A DNA stretch of 61,128 nt from positions 1 through 61,128 of the IMG/VR virus record IMGVR_UViG_3300030451_002095. One strand, 5' to 3'. The stretch comes from a virus. Its lineage: Duplodnaviria; Caudoviricetes. A model generated the notes under the pieces. The model searched no databases, had not been told where the DNA came from, and saw nothing but the letters and a program-made list of their open reading frames with translations. The position numbers and the translations under genes were made by a program. Shown piece by piece: positions 9,801 through 18,603 of the stretch; the first letter of the stretch is position 1; every line of letters starts with the position of its first letter.

Positions 9801-12286
9801 AAGACTTTTTTGAAAAAGAAGCTAAAAGACAGCTTAAGGAAGAAGGATTTGATAATCCTACGCAAGAACAGTTAGATGATAAAATTGCAGATGTTATTGA
9901 GCAGGTTCGTAAAAAACTTCCAGAAGAAAAGAATTTAGCTGAGTCTAAGAAAAAACAAAACGTATTTAAAAGAGGGTTAAACCTTTATAAGGATATTTTT
10001 AAGACGCTTGGAAACTTAATGAACAAGCACTCAGATTTATTTTTATTAATGGATAAAATATCTAAATTACCAGCAAGATTGTTTGAGGGGGTTACACAAA
10101 CTGAAATAACTCAAAGGGTAGATGATGCTACTCGAGAATATAAGCAAGGGATGTTAGTTTTTGATGCTCTTCTTATTGATAAATATAAAGAGCTGTTCGG
10201 GAAAAAATACAAAAAAATAGTAGGCTCTTTTACAAATAAAATTGCTAATGTTTCTTATAGAGACAGAAGTAGAATTGATAAGGCGCAGGCAGAGTATGAT
10301 GCTAACCCTACTAAAGAAAATCAAAAAAAGCTTGAAGATGAAATAGGAAGATTAGGAATAGACTTAAGTCCTAACCAAATGTATTACTTGTATAATCAAT
10401 ATAAAGACCCTTTAAATCATCCTGGTTTTGAGGCTCAGTTTGGAGAAAACTATCAAGATGTAATGAAAGATATAGAGGCCAGGTTAGAGAAAGATTATGC
10501 TCAATTGAAAAAATTTGCAGATTGGCAAGTAGACGTTTTGTTTCCTTTAATGTATCAAAAATATAATAAAGCATACAAGGACTTGTACAGAATTGACATG
10601 CCATATAATGTGAATTATGCAGGTATGGTGTATAGAGAAGGTATTGAGCCAGAAGGGGTGGACTTACTATCTGGAAAACCTCAGTATCATAATGTGGTTT
10701 CAGCGAACTCTACTAAGTTAAGAGTAAATAGTAAGAAAGCTATTAAACCTGTGGACGGTACAGACGCTTTATATACCTATGCTCGAGACATGGAATATTT
10801 CAGTGCGTATGGTAGGGTGGTTAATGATATGCAAAAGTTATTTAGTAATGAAATAATAAAACAAACTATTGATAATATTTACGCTGGAAATGTTAACGAG
10901 ATGATTTCGGTTGCTATTGAAAAATTAGCCAACAAAGGAAACTTTAAAGACAATCTTCAGTTTGACACAGCGGTAAATATAATGCAAGACTTGTTTATAC
11001 TTTCTCGTTTAGGTATTAACCCTGTAGTTACTTTAAAACAGTTAACGTCTTTTGTTACTTATGCTAATGATATTGGTTTTGTTAATTGGATGAAGAACGC
11101 GGCAGCCTCTCGTTTGCTTAGTGGAAAATCTGTAACAGAGGTATGGAAAGAGATAGCTGCCAACTCAGTGTACCTACAGGATAGGGACGCTAAAAGCATT
11201 ACTAAGGCTTTAGAGATGTATACGGATAAAAAGTTAAACGAGGGAGATCCTATCCGTAATGTGACAGGATTACGAGCGGACCAAAGACAAACCTTGATGG
11301 ATATTTTAATGTATACTACAAGGATTGGGGATAGAGGAGCTATTTACTTAGGAGGGGTTCCTAACTATGTGTATTATAAAAATCAAGCCTTAAAAGCAGG
11401 AAAGACCGAACAAGAAGCTATAGATATAGCGATTAAAAAGTTTGAAAGAGATACTAAACGAACTCAGCAGTCTACCGATCTACAAGATAGAGATTATTAT
11501 CAAACTCGTAATTTCTATATGAGAGCTATTAATATGTTCTTAACAACTCCTAAGCAATATTTAAGAAAAGAAGTTTATGCTATGAGAAACTTCTATCGTC
11601 TTATGGCCTCAGGAGGTAAAGAAGGAAAGGGTACTAAGTTTCAAAACTTTAGAACATTTGTTACTTACCATGTTGTAATGCCTATGTTCTTCCAGTATGT
11701 AGCTAACGGTTTCCCTGGATTATTAGCTGACTGGGATGAAGAAGATAAAAGCGATTTAATGAGAGCTGCCGCTTTAGGAAACGTAAACGCTTTAGTTATA
11801 TGGGGAGAGATAGCTGTAAACACAGCTAATATAGTTCAAGGAAAACCAGAGTCTTTTATTGGGTTTAAAAACCTTCCTTTACTACAGCAATTTGAAATAT
11901 TCTTTAAGAACCTATACAGATATAGAACGTATAAAACTCCAGAGAAAAAAGAAGAGGCTGGATTTAAGGCTCTAAGAAGTTTAGGAGAATTTACAGGCCT
12001 GCCTATAAATAATATTAATAAAATATTCCAAAACCTAAAAGCTTTAGAGAAAGGAGAGGAAGACCCAGGCAAAGTGTTAATGAGATTGTTTAACTATAGT
12101 GAGTATCAAATTAAAAGTGAAGCTGAAAGATCTCAAAAAAGAAAGAAAGAAAGAAAGAAAAGCACTAAAAACGGAAACCCAATGATGCAAGAGAACCCAA
12201 TGATGCAAGAGAATCCGATGATGAAAGAAAATCCAATGATGAAAGGAAATCCTATGAAGAGAGAAAACCCTATGATGAAAAAATAA
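3845..12286 (+). CDS. Giant (2813 aa) ejection/polyvalent protein with a zincin-like HExxH motif
   Basis: TIHINAP...TIPHEIFHAIL (HEIFH at 7505-7519) followed by EEQVAELF; helical C-terminal region; position at the end of the virion module. Confidence 0.7.
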   Translation: MNEEAIKDGYNYFVQTGYNGTIDDYKALLQQNNEAFNDTYKYFVNTGYNGTVEDFQTLVGVTEVNVTDTEKKNSKSSQEVEEMLVSGIPQVQDIDGTLESSESKINQDNTAQPEVNQNEQDVNQDNTAQPEVNVDEQEVDQSQGTQQKVDQEILDRFAAIQQLEQDWWIKRAKGNKEQAALDFSTTRKGDLTEAELNEYMSLGGVNAVPIEDDNNQATEIIQPQQIVQRSEKFGGGKALLNTIKNIFKGQDSSGDRAYNREYFAETADGERVDPELKKYIESDDQFTQSLQHVSPRAIADPESSTIPLMEYHFTQHGYHFEAADAAGDGMNAYGYRKEGDKWFKVKHYVNLDRLWSKASTAKALRDFLEENREDTREYVELTKGDLEKQTVFHDQDQVDRTVKKMTEREDALRDDIKSYLKQVRDYNTIKDLPEDEVIYIEDINGKQMATTPAALLQELKFQRQKLVRERENLINIGSELDRDIGLWYMLRGQQGSRSGSFLQNMVSGGASDIGAFGMDFVIDTGTEIAGLFDEDLDTDAVKKQIKFGQDGERPNMSPFSQYANRTTQRMESEKGIVGGAEAAFDQALGMENRERIRQKMERENIFVEDNPFSNEDLEGGKKGWWEWVGNLGFYGAARSIPAMVGPGKIRLLNMGGQAYTYLNKEMAGNEFFDDISEGEKKLFAIPLAVVIGVLENVGFRNMKQMNSISSKVLMNVLGKSGKDVTGRNFKQLVKAEVNSMIAQGLIRVGNAGVAEFETGFMQELADITFKSIYNTVRDSDAFQTPKSTEEFFGQLLVGATSEMIGGFVIGTPGAIVYAAKDGDFTQVSDDTFKVFEEVHNQKPVRDSFVAKIKQKILDGSMTKEEGDRQIAIYDQVVGVMNQIPTDLPMSSKKKLLGNLLRQQELNDYIDKYNKQLTKKQQSELNFLKDQVDVIIKEGDKINEIVKKTKKETGEETQDVEVTDQEARESLEQDNELNAQLEKRGMPNSGQKLITQETINERKEKLRQEKLNNQKNKKDAIQESSTTQVDVQTQTTDSGQMGTQDVTGETTTEGQVESETDTGTQKETEVGDPSIEQEVGDLTAAMGGPIDNQTEGSPETTTQTTTSSVEVDSETNNVTMQKSDGTSVSLPGVSVSDNVTVTETAGDPTVVRIQKTLLDQAKKAGKAIKKLLPNVNIVIHATEEAYNQAVSQDSKGTKGTFAPATNTIHINAPKASRTTIPHEIFHAILFNKLGIDKNIQEVTDRMLKAVIKAVKDPKIKKDLQDFADGYAIEDQSEEQVAELFALLAANYAKLNKPSKNIIKRWLQAIANKLGIPASITTDFTKTEQDIVDFFNILAGKVQTGEEIQESDIEVITKKPKKKTKKSEKKPKKEMTKEEEAKIADELYVESKIKEEEQKEKEKRKAYEEREAELEQIMRDETGLQDPTIGYVMEQIHSYFSGITKQDFDKFGDPNLRKGNPALNFLLRRNASPLDTQSIELSEIAGIEITEQDFIDYMVDRSNNPGKYVKSKEKNQKDIKNKKAGLDKLIRMYNMNPKGFIGTNIYSLQDLENWAASLGFGIGRARVRDKSAYDYGRLTGYYLTKNGRFFNPRSKEKNQKNIDEKNQKVFNKEDNPIDIINDARNQNFTDPAIYDYLTRVRKFPKREIKELMKVYDETLQTVPPSVGAVKGGMLNGLKLYNRVFKKYIQLQKANVKNKSKKSQQEIMDLTMDYLKSQPEFKALKDKGSDILSTKQRVIEIDMVKALAGPTSPDLAQSIKKSILILNSKKLGVREIKEIQRELRNFLRKVLPKDLYTKKNVTDLLKEINEATPDNIENIKNKIVEFAAEKNNIRLAEEVEKLLNPKDRVKINNILKGVGIDDATRKRLDGIRRLLNPKSKDGNLKTDIGVRDYLAKLEERYNEINKKAKKTDQDFKDMTDLQMAMNLINAQELMSDKDIAKVATLSQLKDELTQIILTGRTKFKEELRASHLEYVRQFKEVWQDITGKKDFFEKEAKRQLKEEGFDNPTQEQLDDKIADVIEQVRKKLPEEKNLAESKKKQNVFKRGLNLYKDIFKTLGNLMNKHSDLFLLMDKISKLPARLFEGVTQTEITQRVDDATREYKQGMLVFDALLIDKYKELFGKKYKKIVGSFTNKIANVSYRDRSRIDKAQAEYDANPTKENQKKLEDEIGRLGIDLSPNQMYYLYNQYKDPLNHPGFEAQFGENYQDVMKDIEARLEKDYAQLKKFADWQVDVLFPLMYQKYNKAYKDLYRIDMPYNVNYAGMVYREGIEPEGVDLLSGKPQYHNVVSANSTKLRVNSKKAIKPVDGTDALYTYARDMEYFSAYGRVVNDMQKLFSNEIIKQTIDNIYAGNVNEMISVAIEKLANKGNFKDNLQFDTAVNIMQDLFILSRLGINPVVTLKQLTSFVTYANDIGFVNWMKNAAASRLLSGKSVTEVWKEIAANSVYLQDRDAKSITKALEMYTDKKLNEGDPIRNVTGLRADQRQTLMDILMYTTRIGDRGAIYLGGVPNYVYYKNQALKAGKTEQEAIDIAIKKFERDTKRTQQSTDLQDRDYYQTRNFYMRAINMFLTTPKQYLRKEVYAMRNFYRLMASGGKEGKGTKFQNFRTFVTYHVVMPMFFQYVANGFPGLLADWDEEDKSDLMRAAALGNVNALVIWGEIAVNTANIVQGKPESFIGFKNLPLLQQFEIFFKNLYRYRTYKTPEKKEEAGFKALRSLGEFTGLPINNINKIFQNLKALEKGEEDPGKVLMRLFNYSEYQIKSEAERSQKRKKERKKSTKNGNPMMQENPMMQENPMMKENPMMKGNPMKRENPMMKK
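12173..12283 (+). repeat. Six in-frame 18-bp repeats encoding (G/E)NPM(M/K)x at the C-terminus of the giant protein
   Basis: GNPMMQ ENPMMQ ENPMMK ENPMMK GNPMKR ENPMMK. Confidence 0.9.
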
Positions 12287-12290
12287 ATAT

Positions 12291-12524
12291 ATGAGAGATT
12301 TTAACGAAGACCTTTGTATGAGGCATAGTTATAATTTACTATTAGGAAAAAAAACTTTAGACGAATTACTACAGGAAACAGCTCGCCTTTATGTAATGTT
12401 TAATCCGCAACGAGAATATGTTCCTATGGAAGATGATGTTTATGATGTTCTTATAGATTACTTTACGCACACTGAGGAATACGAAAAGTGCGCAGAATTA
12501 CTTAAAGCTAAGAAAAAACTTTAA
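12291..12524 (+). CDS. Small hypothetical protein with UvrB/UvrC-like (UVR) motif
   Basis: C-terminal YFTHTEEYEKCAELLK. Confidence 0.5.
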   Translation: MRDFNEDLCMRHSYNLLLGKKTLDELLQETARLYVMFNPQREYVPMEDDVYDVLIDYFTHTEEYEKCAELLKAKKKL

Positions 12525-12904
12525 ATTTCGCTTTCAAATTTTATGTGGTCTTTATAATCCCTATTCCTGTTGTACTGGTCTACTAAAAAATTCTTACTAT
12601 AATTTTCCCTTTCAGCCTCCAGTTTGTAATAAAGAAAAGCTTGAAACCCGTTTACATGAGAGTCAGTAGGAAAGAAGTATTTCCATCCTTTTGACACCCC
12701 TTTGTTTATGTAATAGCAAAAAGCCACCCCTATTTTCCCTGTGTTTTTTCTAAAATTAATTACTGCGGTATGGTCTGATGTAGGAATAACTTCTTTAACT
12801 GAGAAAGTTTCTTGGTTTTTATTTCCCTCTCTGTTGGGTTTTGAAAAGCGTTTTGCTATCTCTTTACTAAACTTATTTAACTCTTTAGCTATTTCTTTTT
12901 TCAT
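12521..12904 (-). CDS. Hypothetical phage protein (start probably MKKEIAK)
   Basis: ORF 12521..12931 with a more plausible internal ATG at 12904; last gene of the minus arm. Confidence 0.6.
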   Translation of the reverse strand: MKKEIAKELNKFSKEIAKRFSKPNREGNKNQETFSVKEVIPTSDHTAVINFRKNTGKIGVAFCYYINKGVSKGWKYFFPTDSHVNGFQAFLYYKLEAERENYSKNFLVDQYNRNRDYKDHIKFESEI

Positions 12905-13247
12905 TTTGTTGTCTTCTTTTGGCGGTAGCAATTCGGTGGCAATTAGAGCATCTCACTTCACATTTATCCATCTCTTCCATGATAGCCTCTCTACTGTATG
13001 AGGTTCGAGACATATCTGAAATGTTCATTATTTTTTCCCCTACCACATGATCGAAGTCTAATACTAACGGATTATCTTCTCCACAATCTACACAACAACT
13101 TCGACTTTTAACCCACCTTACAAAGTTTTTATTTTTCTTTTTTTGACTCTTATTTCTGGCTCGAGTCCGAGCCTTTATTTTTTCTTTATTAGCCTCGTAA
13201 TGACGTTTACTGGCTGCCGCTTGATCCTTCTTACTTTTGTACGCCAT
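12885..13247 (-). CDS. HNH endonuclease
   Basis: CVDCGE...LDFDHV...CEVRCSNCHR zinc-binding HNH pattern. Confidence 0.85.
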   Translation of the reverse strand: MAYKSKKDQAAASKRHYEANKEKIKARTRARNKSQKKKNKNFVRWVKSRSCCVDCGEDNPLVLDFDHVVGEKIMNISDMSRTSYSREAIMEEMDKCEVRCSNCHRIATAKRRQQNEKRNS

Positions 13248-13291
13248 TTTTAGTTCGGGATGGCCAGATAACTACTATGTCTGGATCGGTA

Positions 13292-13483
13292 TTAAACTTC
13301 ATCGGATAAGGATTGATTAATATCTACTAACTCTTTTATGAGGGATTGGATTTTCTTTTTTGCCTCCTCATGATCTCTATCCATTAAATCTTCGTAAAGC
13401 TCAGTGCCGAAGTCGTGAATCCTGTCACAGATATATGTAATGTGTGTTATAGATTTGTTGTCTTCAGGCGCTATACGAGGCAT
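13292..13483 (-). CDS. Hypothetical protein
   Basis: 63-aa ORF collinear with the operon. Confidence 0.6.
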   Translation of the reverse strand: MPRIAPEDNKSITHITYICDRIHDFGTELYEDLMDRDHEEAKKKIQSLIKELVDINQSLSDEV

Positions 13484-13503
13484 TAGTTCGTCATAAAATA
13501 AAG

Positions 13504-13932
13504 TTATTTCCCGTTTGTAACTATGTTCTTTAACTCTTTTAACTGTTCTTGAACATTATTTAATGACAAATTTAACATTTTATTTTGTTCATGCAACAAT
13601 TTCAGCTCTTTTTTTAATTGCAAAGGTTTTATGTCGTCATACTCTCCCATTTCTCCCTCCCACAAAGTAAGTATAGCTTGATAATCTCTTTCTAATTCTA
13701 CATCCCATTTTCTCATAAACGGAAACTCTTTTACTGCGTGCAATATAGTTGCATGATTTTTTCTGAAAGCCATTCCTATACTATTATAAGACATCAAACA
13801 CTTTTCTCTCATTAAAGTGTAGGCCATTGCTCGGGCTTTTATGTAAGTGTAGGTTCTGGTTTTTGATTCAATATCAATTTCGTAGTGAGAGTTTATTATG
13901 TTTTTGATTGCTCTTACTTTTTCCTGTAACAT
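13504..13932 (-). CDS. DnaA C-terminal (domain IV)-like HTH protein with coiled-coil tail
   Basis: KTRT...ARAMAYTLMRE...SYNSIGMAFRKNHATILHAVK resembles the DnaA domain IV RDHTTVLH signature. Confidence 0.75.
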   Translation of the reverse strand: MLQEKVRAIKNIINSHYEIDIESKTRTYTYIKARAMAYTLMREKCLMSYNSIGMAFRKNHATILHAVKEFPFMRKWDVELERDYQAILTLWEGEMGEYDDIKPLQLKKELKLLHEQNKMLNLSLNNVQEQLKELKNIVTNGK

Positions 13933-14251
13933 TTAATTTTTTATTTAAGTTAAGTAAATCTAAGTATTCGTCCATTGAAACTAATTGTATGTCTGATAAA
14001 ACAATAACATCTTCTTGTTCTTTAATTTTTAAAACCTCTAAAGCGAAGGTTACTGGATCTCCATCGTCATCTATAACCACCCCTCCTATTACCGTAGAAG
14101 TAAGATTGCTTGTAGGTATATTGTCTACGTTTTTTTCTATAAACTTAGCTATCTTAATACCGGTTCGGATATCCAGTTGTTGAAGGGTTTCTACAAACTC
14201 TTCCGCAATATCATACCCCGCCTCCTTTATAAACCTCGGTTTTACATCCAT
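13874..14251 (-). CDS. Hypothetical protein
   Basis: 125-aa ORF overlapping both neighbours in the operon. Confidence 0.6.
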   Translation of the reverse strand: MDVKPRFIKEAGYDIAEEFVETLQQLDIRTGIKIAKFIEKNVDNIPTSNLTSTVIGGVVIDDDGDPVTFALEVLKIKEQEDVIVLSDIQLVSMDEYLDLLNLNKKLNVTGKSKSNQKHNKLSLRN

Positions 14252-14459
14252 GTTTGTTTAACTCTTTTAATCTATATTCTTGTAATTTAGTTAGTTTCCC
14301 ATTTGGTTTTTTAACTTCTGAAAACAAAACTGGGCAGTCTGGAGGGATGGCAAGGAGGTCGGGTATACCATTCTTATTAGTCTTGATTAGCTTAAGAACG
14401 TAGTATCCGTCCGCCTCCAATTGCTTAATCCTTTTGCTTTGTATTTGTTGTTCGGTCAT
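14211..14459 (-). CDS. VRR-NUC domain nuclease
   Basis: GIPDLL...FSEVKKPNGKLTKLQEYRLKEL. Confidence 0.85.
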   Translation of the reverse strand: MTEQQIQSKRIKQLEADGYYVLKLIKTNKNGIPDLLAIPPDCPVLFSEVKKPNGKLTKLQEYRLKELNKHGCKTEVYKGGGV

Positions 14460-14634
14460 ATTTATAGTCTAAATAAAATCCTATAGCTACTATTACATTC
14501 ATTCCTATTGATGATAATATTTCTACAACATCATGAAAATTATGAATCGATAAATGAATATGTCCAACTACCCAAAAAGGTATTGCTAAATTCTGGCTGA
14601 TCCAAATTAGCGTGAAAATAATAAACCTTTTCAT
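14425..14634 (-). CDS. Small membrane protein
   Basis: Two hydrophobic segments. Confidence 0.55.
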   Translation of the reverse strand: MKRFIIFTLIWISQNLAIPFWVVGHIHLSIHNFHDVVEILSSIGMNVIVAIGFYLDYKYDRTTNTKQKD

Positions 14635-14636
14635 TA

Positions 14637-15869
14637 TTACAAAGTTAACAAATCTCGCTTAAAATGTGTAAGCGTATAATCTTTCTTCTTAACCACGGCT
14701 TTATAGATGTCTTTTTCAATACCTCCTTTACTGAAAACCCAGTACACTTCGTTCTTTAATCTATCTTTAGTTGTCATCCGGTCTCTCGATTGCCAATAAG
14801 AGGTTGCGCTGAAATCAATATTATAATAAACCAAACAGTCGGCTTGACGTAAAGATATTCCCTCTCTACCGCTAACTATCTGTAACGCAATGTTTTTTGA
14901 AGTGGTATTAAAGCAATCCAACTCTGTACATATATCGTCTCCAAATACTTTTTTTAAGGCGTTTAGTTCTTCTTTAAACTTATAGAATATCCCTATCTTT
15001 TTAGATTTAAAATAATTTTTTATAAAGGTAGCTTTACTTAAATCTAACACCATTGAATTGCCGCTCTCAAATTTAATTGTTCCGCTACATAATTGATGTA
15101 CTTTAGTCATTAGTTTTACTGCGGTATCAGCTAATATTACTTCAGACTCACCCTCTACTACCAGGTCTTTTTGAAGGGTTTTTATTAATTTTTTAGTAGA
15201 TCCCTGTATATCTACTTCTAAAATATGTTCATTAGTTTGAACTTTAAATCCAGCTTCTTTTTGGCTAAAGTTTATAGTATAGGGAGACATTTTATCTAAA
15301 ATCTCTTTACTTCCTTTTGAGTAGTCATTAATATACATACCTCCTATTTTTTTTCTAACAACCTTTACAAATCTTTGAGCAAAAGAATAGAAGTTTTTAA
15401 ATTCTACAAAAGGATTATTAGGAATAAAATTAACTTGATGATACATTTGACAATACGACTCAGGTGTAGGTGTTCCACTTAATAGTATTACATAAGGGTT
15501 GGATCTAAAAATTAAACGCGAAACTTTTTTAGAACGACCACTTGGTTTTGGAAAGGCTCCCATTCCATGAGCCTCGTCACAAACTACCACATCCCATCCG
15601 GTTTGTTTGATTTTATGTAGCGATTCATAATTAATAACCTGTAATTCAAAGTTAGGGTTTAATAACTGATAATCGTTTTCTATACTGGATATCGCTTTCT
15701 TTTTGGTAATAAACAAAACTTTTTTAACGTGTAGGTTTTGACATATTCCTAAGCTGGTTAAGGTTTTTCCAGTTCTTACTTCCATTGCTAAATATAAAAA
15801 CCGGTGTTGTTTTAGTATTCCTACTCCGTTAGATATAATGTTTTTTTGATAATCTCTAAACTCTATCAT
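14637..15869 (-). CDS. SF2 (SNF2-like) DNA helicase
   Basis: RDYQ Q-motif, RTGKT Walker A, DEAH, SGTP, GREGISL, QSRDR. Confidence 0.9.
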   Translation of the reverse strand: MIEFRDYQKNIISNGVGILKQHRFLYLAMEVRTGKTLTSLGICQNLHVKKVLFITKKKAISSIENDYQLLNPNFELQVINYESLHKIKQTGWDVVVCDEAHGMGAFPKPSGRSKKVSRLIFRSNPYVILLSGTPTPESYCQMYHQVNFIPNNPFVEFKNFYSFAQRFVKVVRKKIGGMYINDYSKGSKEILDKMSPYTINFSQKEAGFKVQTNEHILEVDIQGSTKKLIKTLQKDLVVEGESEVILADTAVKLMTKVHQLCSGTIKFESGNSMVLDLSKATFIKNYFKSKKIGIFYKFKEELNALKKVFGDDICTELDCFNTTSKNIALQIVSGREGISLRQADCLVYYNIDFSATSYWQSRDRMTTKDRLKNEVYWVFSKGGIEKDIYKAVVKKKDYTLTHFKRDLLTL

Positions 15870-18277
15870 ATATCTAAATTTGATTGAGTATCATAATGAG
15901 ATTTATTAACAAACTCTATCCATCTACCCACTCCATCTCTTCCTTCTATTGCTCTACAATCATACTTAAATTCAGCATAAGATTGCAACCATTTATTAAA
16001 CCTATTTCTACTCACAGTCATTTTTGATTTAGGAGCAAAGTCAGGATTCTCTTCAATAAAATCTAAATACAAATCGTTTTTATAAATCTTTTTACTTCTA
16101 ATAAGTTTGTCGGTTTTTTGCCCACCTATCGCTCCGCACCACTCGGCAAACTCATGACACGTTTCTGCTGAAAATTTACGAGTCTTAAGATTAACAAAGT
16201 CGCTTTTTAATAATCCCTTATCTAAATATAACTGTAAACATTTAATCATGTAATTATCAAACTGGCACCAGTCATTATCATCCCACTCTCCAAACATTAA
16301 TTTTCCAAACTCTACTAATGGGGTAAATTCTTTAGTGTAATACTGAGTTAATTCTAACTCCCATTTTCTTCTTTCAAAAGAACTTCCGGATCCTTTGATT
16401 GCATAATTAGTTGTGATTGCGATTTTAGGAGATTTACTAAATGGAATTTTAATAGCGTCTTTGTTTTTCTTTTCAAGAGTAAGCCCTTCTGTTACCACAC
16501 TAAACAACCTCTCAAAATCAAAATGTTTTTTAACATCATCAAAGCAAAGTATTTGAGTGTCGGCTGAAACTAATTGATAAGCAAAAGATCTTTCAAAGTT
16601 AAATGATTTTCCATCTATTACTACTAACTTTTTCATGTGTCCCAGTCCGGTCATAAACAACCCTTTTCCAGTACCCCCTTCAGGGTTGTCAGAAATTAAT
16701 TCATCATTAAGTATAGTGGCAGGACAATAAGATAGGTTCTTCCATCCGTGTAATAAAAATCCAATTGTAGACTCCATTGAACTCATTCTTTTATCGGTAC
16801 CTCCTGCAATATTCCCCACAAAAGTTTTATAATCACAATCAGTAATTTCACATATATCAAAAACTCTATCAATAACATGGTCTTTCCATACATACCCTCC
16901 TAAATCTAAATAATCAATTGGAGTTATATCGTCTTTTGTAACTTTAACCGCACAATTATTATAATACAAGTAGGCAGTGTCTTTATTATCCGCAATAAAA
17001 TAAACATTAATAGAGGACAATAAAGTCAAAAATTCTTCTCTAAAATATTTAACTTTTTCTGCAAAGTAATTATATACACTTATATCTTCAACATCTAATA
17101 AATAATTTAAGACAAAATCTTTTATCTCTTTTTCTGATGTATGATCTATTAAATTATTAGTAACCTTTACAAAGACATAATTTTTACTCCCCTCTGGGTT
17201 AAATTTATAAAACCCATTCTCCTCTAAAAATTTCTTAAAAGATATATGAACTATACTAATAACTCCTTTATCTGATTTACTCCAAAATTTTTGTTGAGAT
17301 TGTTCCTCCTCTAACCTTTCTACTACAGCGTTTACAACCGAATCATCCACATCTGTTTCATCTTCTAATTCTTGTTTTATTTTGGTCTTTGTTACACCTC
17401 TTCTTAACTGTTGTTTTACCCTGTTTACTTTATCCTCATCCTCATAATATTTTGTTCCAAAGTTTTGAGTTTGAGCGTAAGCAGAGTTTATTGTTCTTTT
17501 AACCTCAGACATTGGAAACCCTTGATGAGCAAAGTCGTTCATAATGTACTCTGCTAATGTTTTGGTTACTCCAAAATCATTAAAGGCTGAAGCCAGTATA
17601 AAAACATTATTATTTCTTTCTCCACTTTTTAATCCGTACTTTCTTTCCCACCACTTCATTAGGATTTCTACAATTTTATTTTCATCCGTAATAGGAATAG
17701 TTTGAACCCCTTTGTGTTTTATAACTTCTTGATACTCTTGTTCTGTTATTTGATTAAATACACTTGATTGCTCGTTAGTATATATTAATGGATCATAAGA
17801 TTCATAACAAACCCTTGAAACATTTTTACAAGTCTTATCAAAATAAGGAGAGTCATAATGTTTTTCCAATGAGTTAAAAAAGTTTTTATGATTCTCAACT
17901 TCATTAGGTATTTTTACTAAAACTTTTAATCCCAGTCCGCTTGGAGAAATAAATACCGCGTAAGTATATCTATCTTTTGTTATTCTTTCTTTTTCTTCCA
18001 AAAGAAGTTTATCCGACTCATACCCATCAAAATCTAAACAGATCAAACCACTGTGCTCTATCAAAGACGCATCGTTTCTTTTTGTAAATTTACCACTAAA
18101 ACATATCGCTGGTAATGTCTGCTTTAATTGATTTCTTTTTTCTTTATCTTTTTCTAATCGTATTGCTCGTACTATCTCTTGTGACGCTCCCTCTCGTATT
18201 CTTTCTACTATTATACCTACATCTCTATAAAAAGGTTGAGAAGTATCTTTAATATCCTTAAAAATTGTTATTTCCAT
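15866..18277 (-). CDS. Primase-helicase (BT4734/VirE-N-like AEP domain, PriCT, P-loop helicase)
   Basis: HSGLICLDFD, FISPSGLGLK, DKTCKNVSRVCYESYDP, GERNN, GGTGKG Walker A, FDD Walker B, ITTN. Confidence 0.88.
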   Translation of the reverse strand: MEITIFKDIKDTSQPFYRDVGIIVERIREGASQEIVRAIRLEKDKEKRNQLKQTLPAICFSGKFTKRNDASLIEHSGLICLDFDGYESDKLLLEEKERITKDRYTYAVFISPSGLGLKVLVKIPNEVENHKNFFNSLEKHYDSPYFDKTCKNVSRVCYESYDPLIYTNEQSSVFNQITEQEYQEVIKHKGVQTIPITDENKIVEILMKWWERKYGLKSGERNNNVFILASAFNDFGVTKTLAEYIMNDFAHQGFPMSEVKRTINSAYAQTQNFGTKYYEDEDKVNRVKQQLRRGVTKTKIKQELEDETDVDDSVVNAVVERLEEEQSQQKFWSKSDKGVISIVHISFKKFLEENGFYKFNPEGSKNYVFVKVTNNLIDHTSEKEIKDFVLNYLLDVEDISVYNYFAEKVKYFREEFLTLLSSINVYFIADNKDTAYLYYNNCAVKVTKDDITPIDYLDLGGYVWKDHVIDRVFDICEITDCDYKTFVGNIAGGTDKRMSSMESTIGFLLHGWKNLSYCPATILNDELISDNPEGGTGKGLFMTGLGHMKKLVVIDGKSFNFERSFAYQLVSADTQILCFDDVKKHFDFERLFSVVTEGLTLEKKNKDAIKIPFSKSPKIAITTNYAIKGSGSSFERRKWELELTQYYTKEFTPLVEFGKLMFGEWDDNDWCQFDNYMIKCLQLYLDKGLLKSDFVNLKTRKFSAETCHEFAEWCGAIGGQKTDKLIRSKKIYKNDLYLDFIEENPDFAPKSKMTVSRNRFNKWLQSYAEFKYDCRAIEGRDGVGRWIEFVNKSHYDTQSNLDI

Positions 18278-18281
18278 TTGT

Positions 18282-18465
18282 TATGTTGATTTTATGTCGA
18301 TTTTATGTCGACTTATTTTTATTTAACTTATTCATTTACAGTTATTTATATTTTTTTATGTTGATATGTCAATAATAAATAAAAAATAAATAAAAAATAT
18401 AATTATAAATAAATAAAAAATATAATTAGTAGTTATTTTTCTATTAAAATCGACATATCGACATA
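18282..18465. promoter_or_regulatory. Origin-like locus A: TATGTYGA repeats, IHF-like site, AT-rich core, inverted TCGACATA pair
   Basis: Repeats at 18282, 18293, 18304, 18357, 18365; AT-rich 18371-18449; inverted copies at 18450 and 18458; directly upstream of the primase gene. Confidence 0.6.
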
Positions 18466-18567
18466 GTTGAGACAAAAGAATAGGGGGATACCTGCTCTTA
18501 CTAATGGTCAGTCTAAAACCCCCTATCTTTGTGGAGGGGAGATGTAATCGCACACAAAGTATAACCG

Positions 18568-18575
18568 CAAAGTTA
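18568..18575 (-). promoter_or_regulatory. Bacteroidota -7 element TAACTTTG for the replication operon
   Basis: caaagtta on the + strand, intergenic. Confidence 0.5.
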
Positions 18576-18603
18576 TTAAATAAATTACTAACCCCTCCTT
18601 TTT

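Noticed and set aside
3845-12286. Virion RNA polymerase as in crAss-like phages
   Set aside because: The only DxDxD-like string I noticed (DLDTD) lacks polymerase context, and host-type promoters occur throughout; a structure search would be needed to exclude it fully.
18356-18553. 65-aa minus-strand ORF
   Set aside because: It crosses the repeats, AT-rich core and hairpins of locus A, and its composition is not protein-like.
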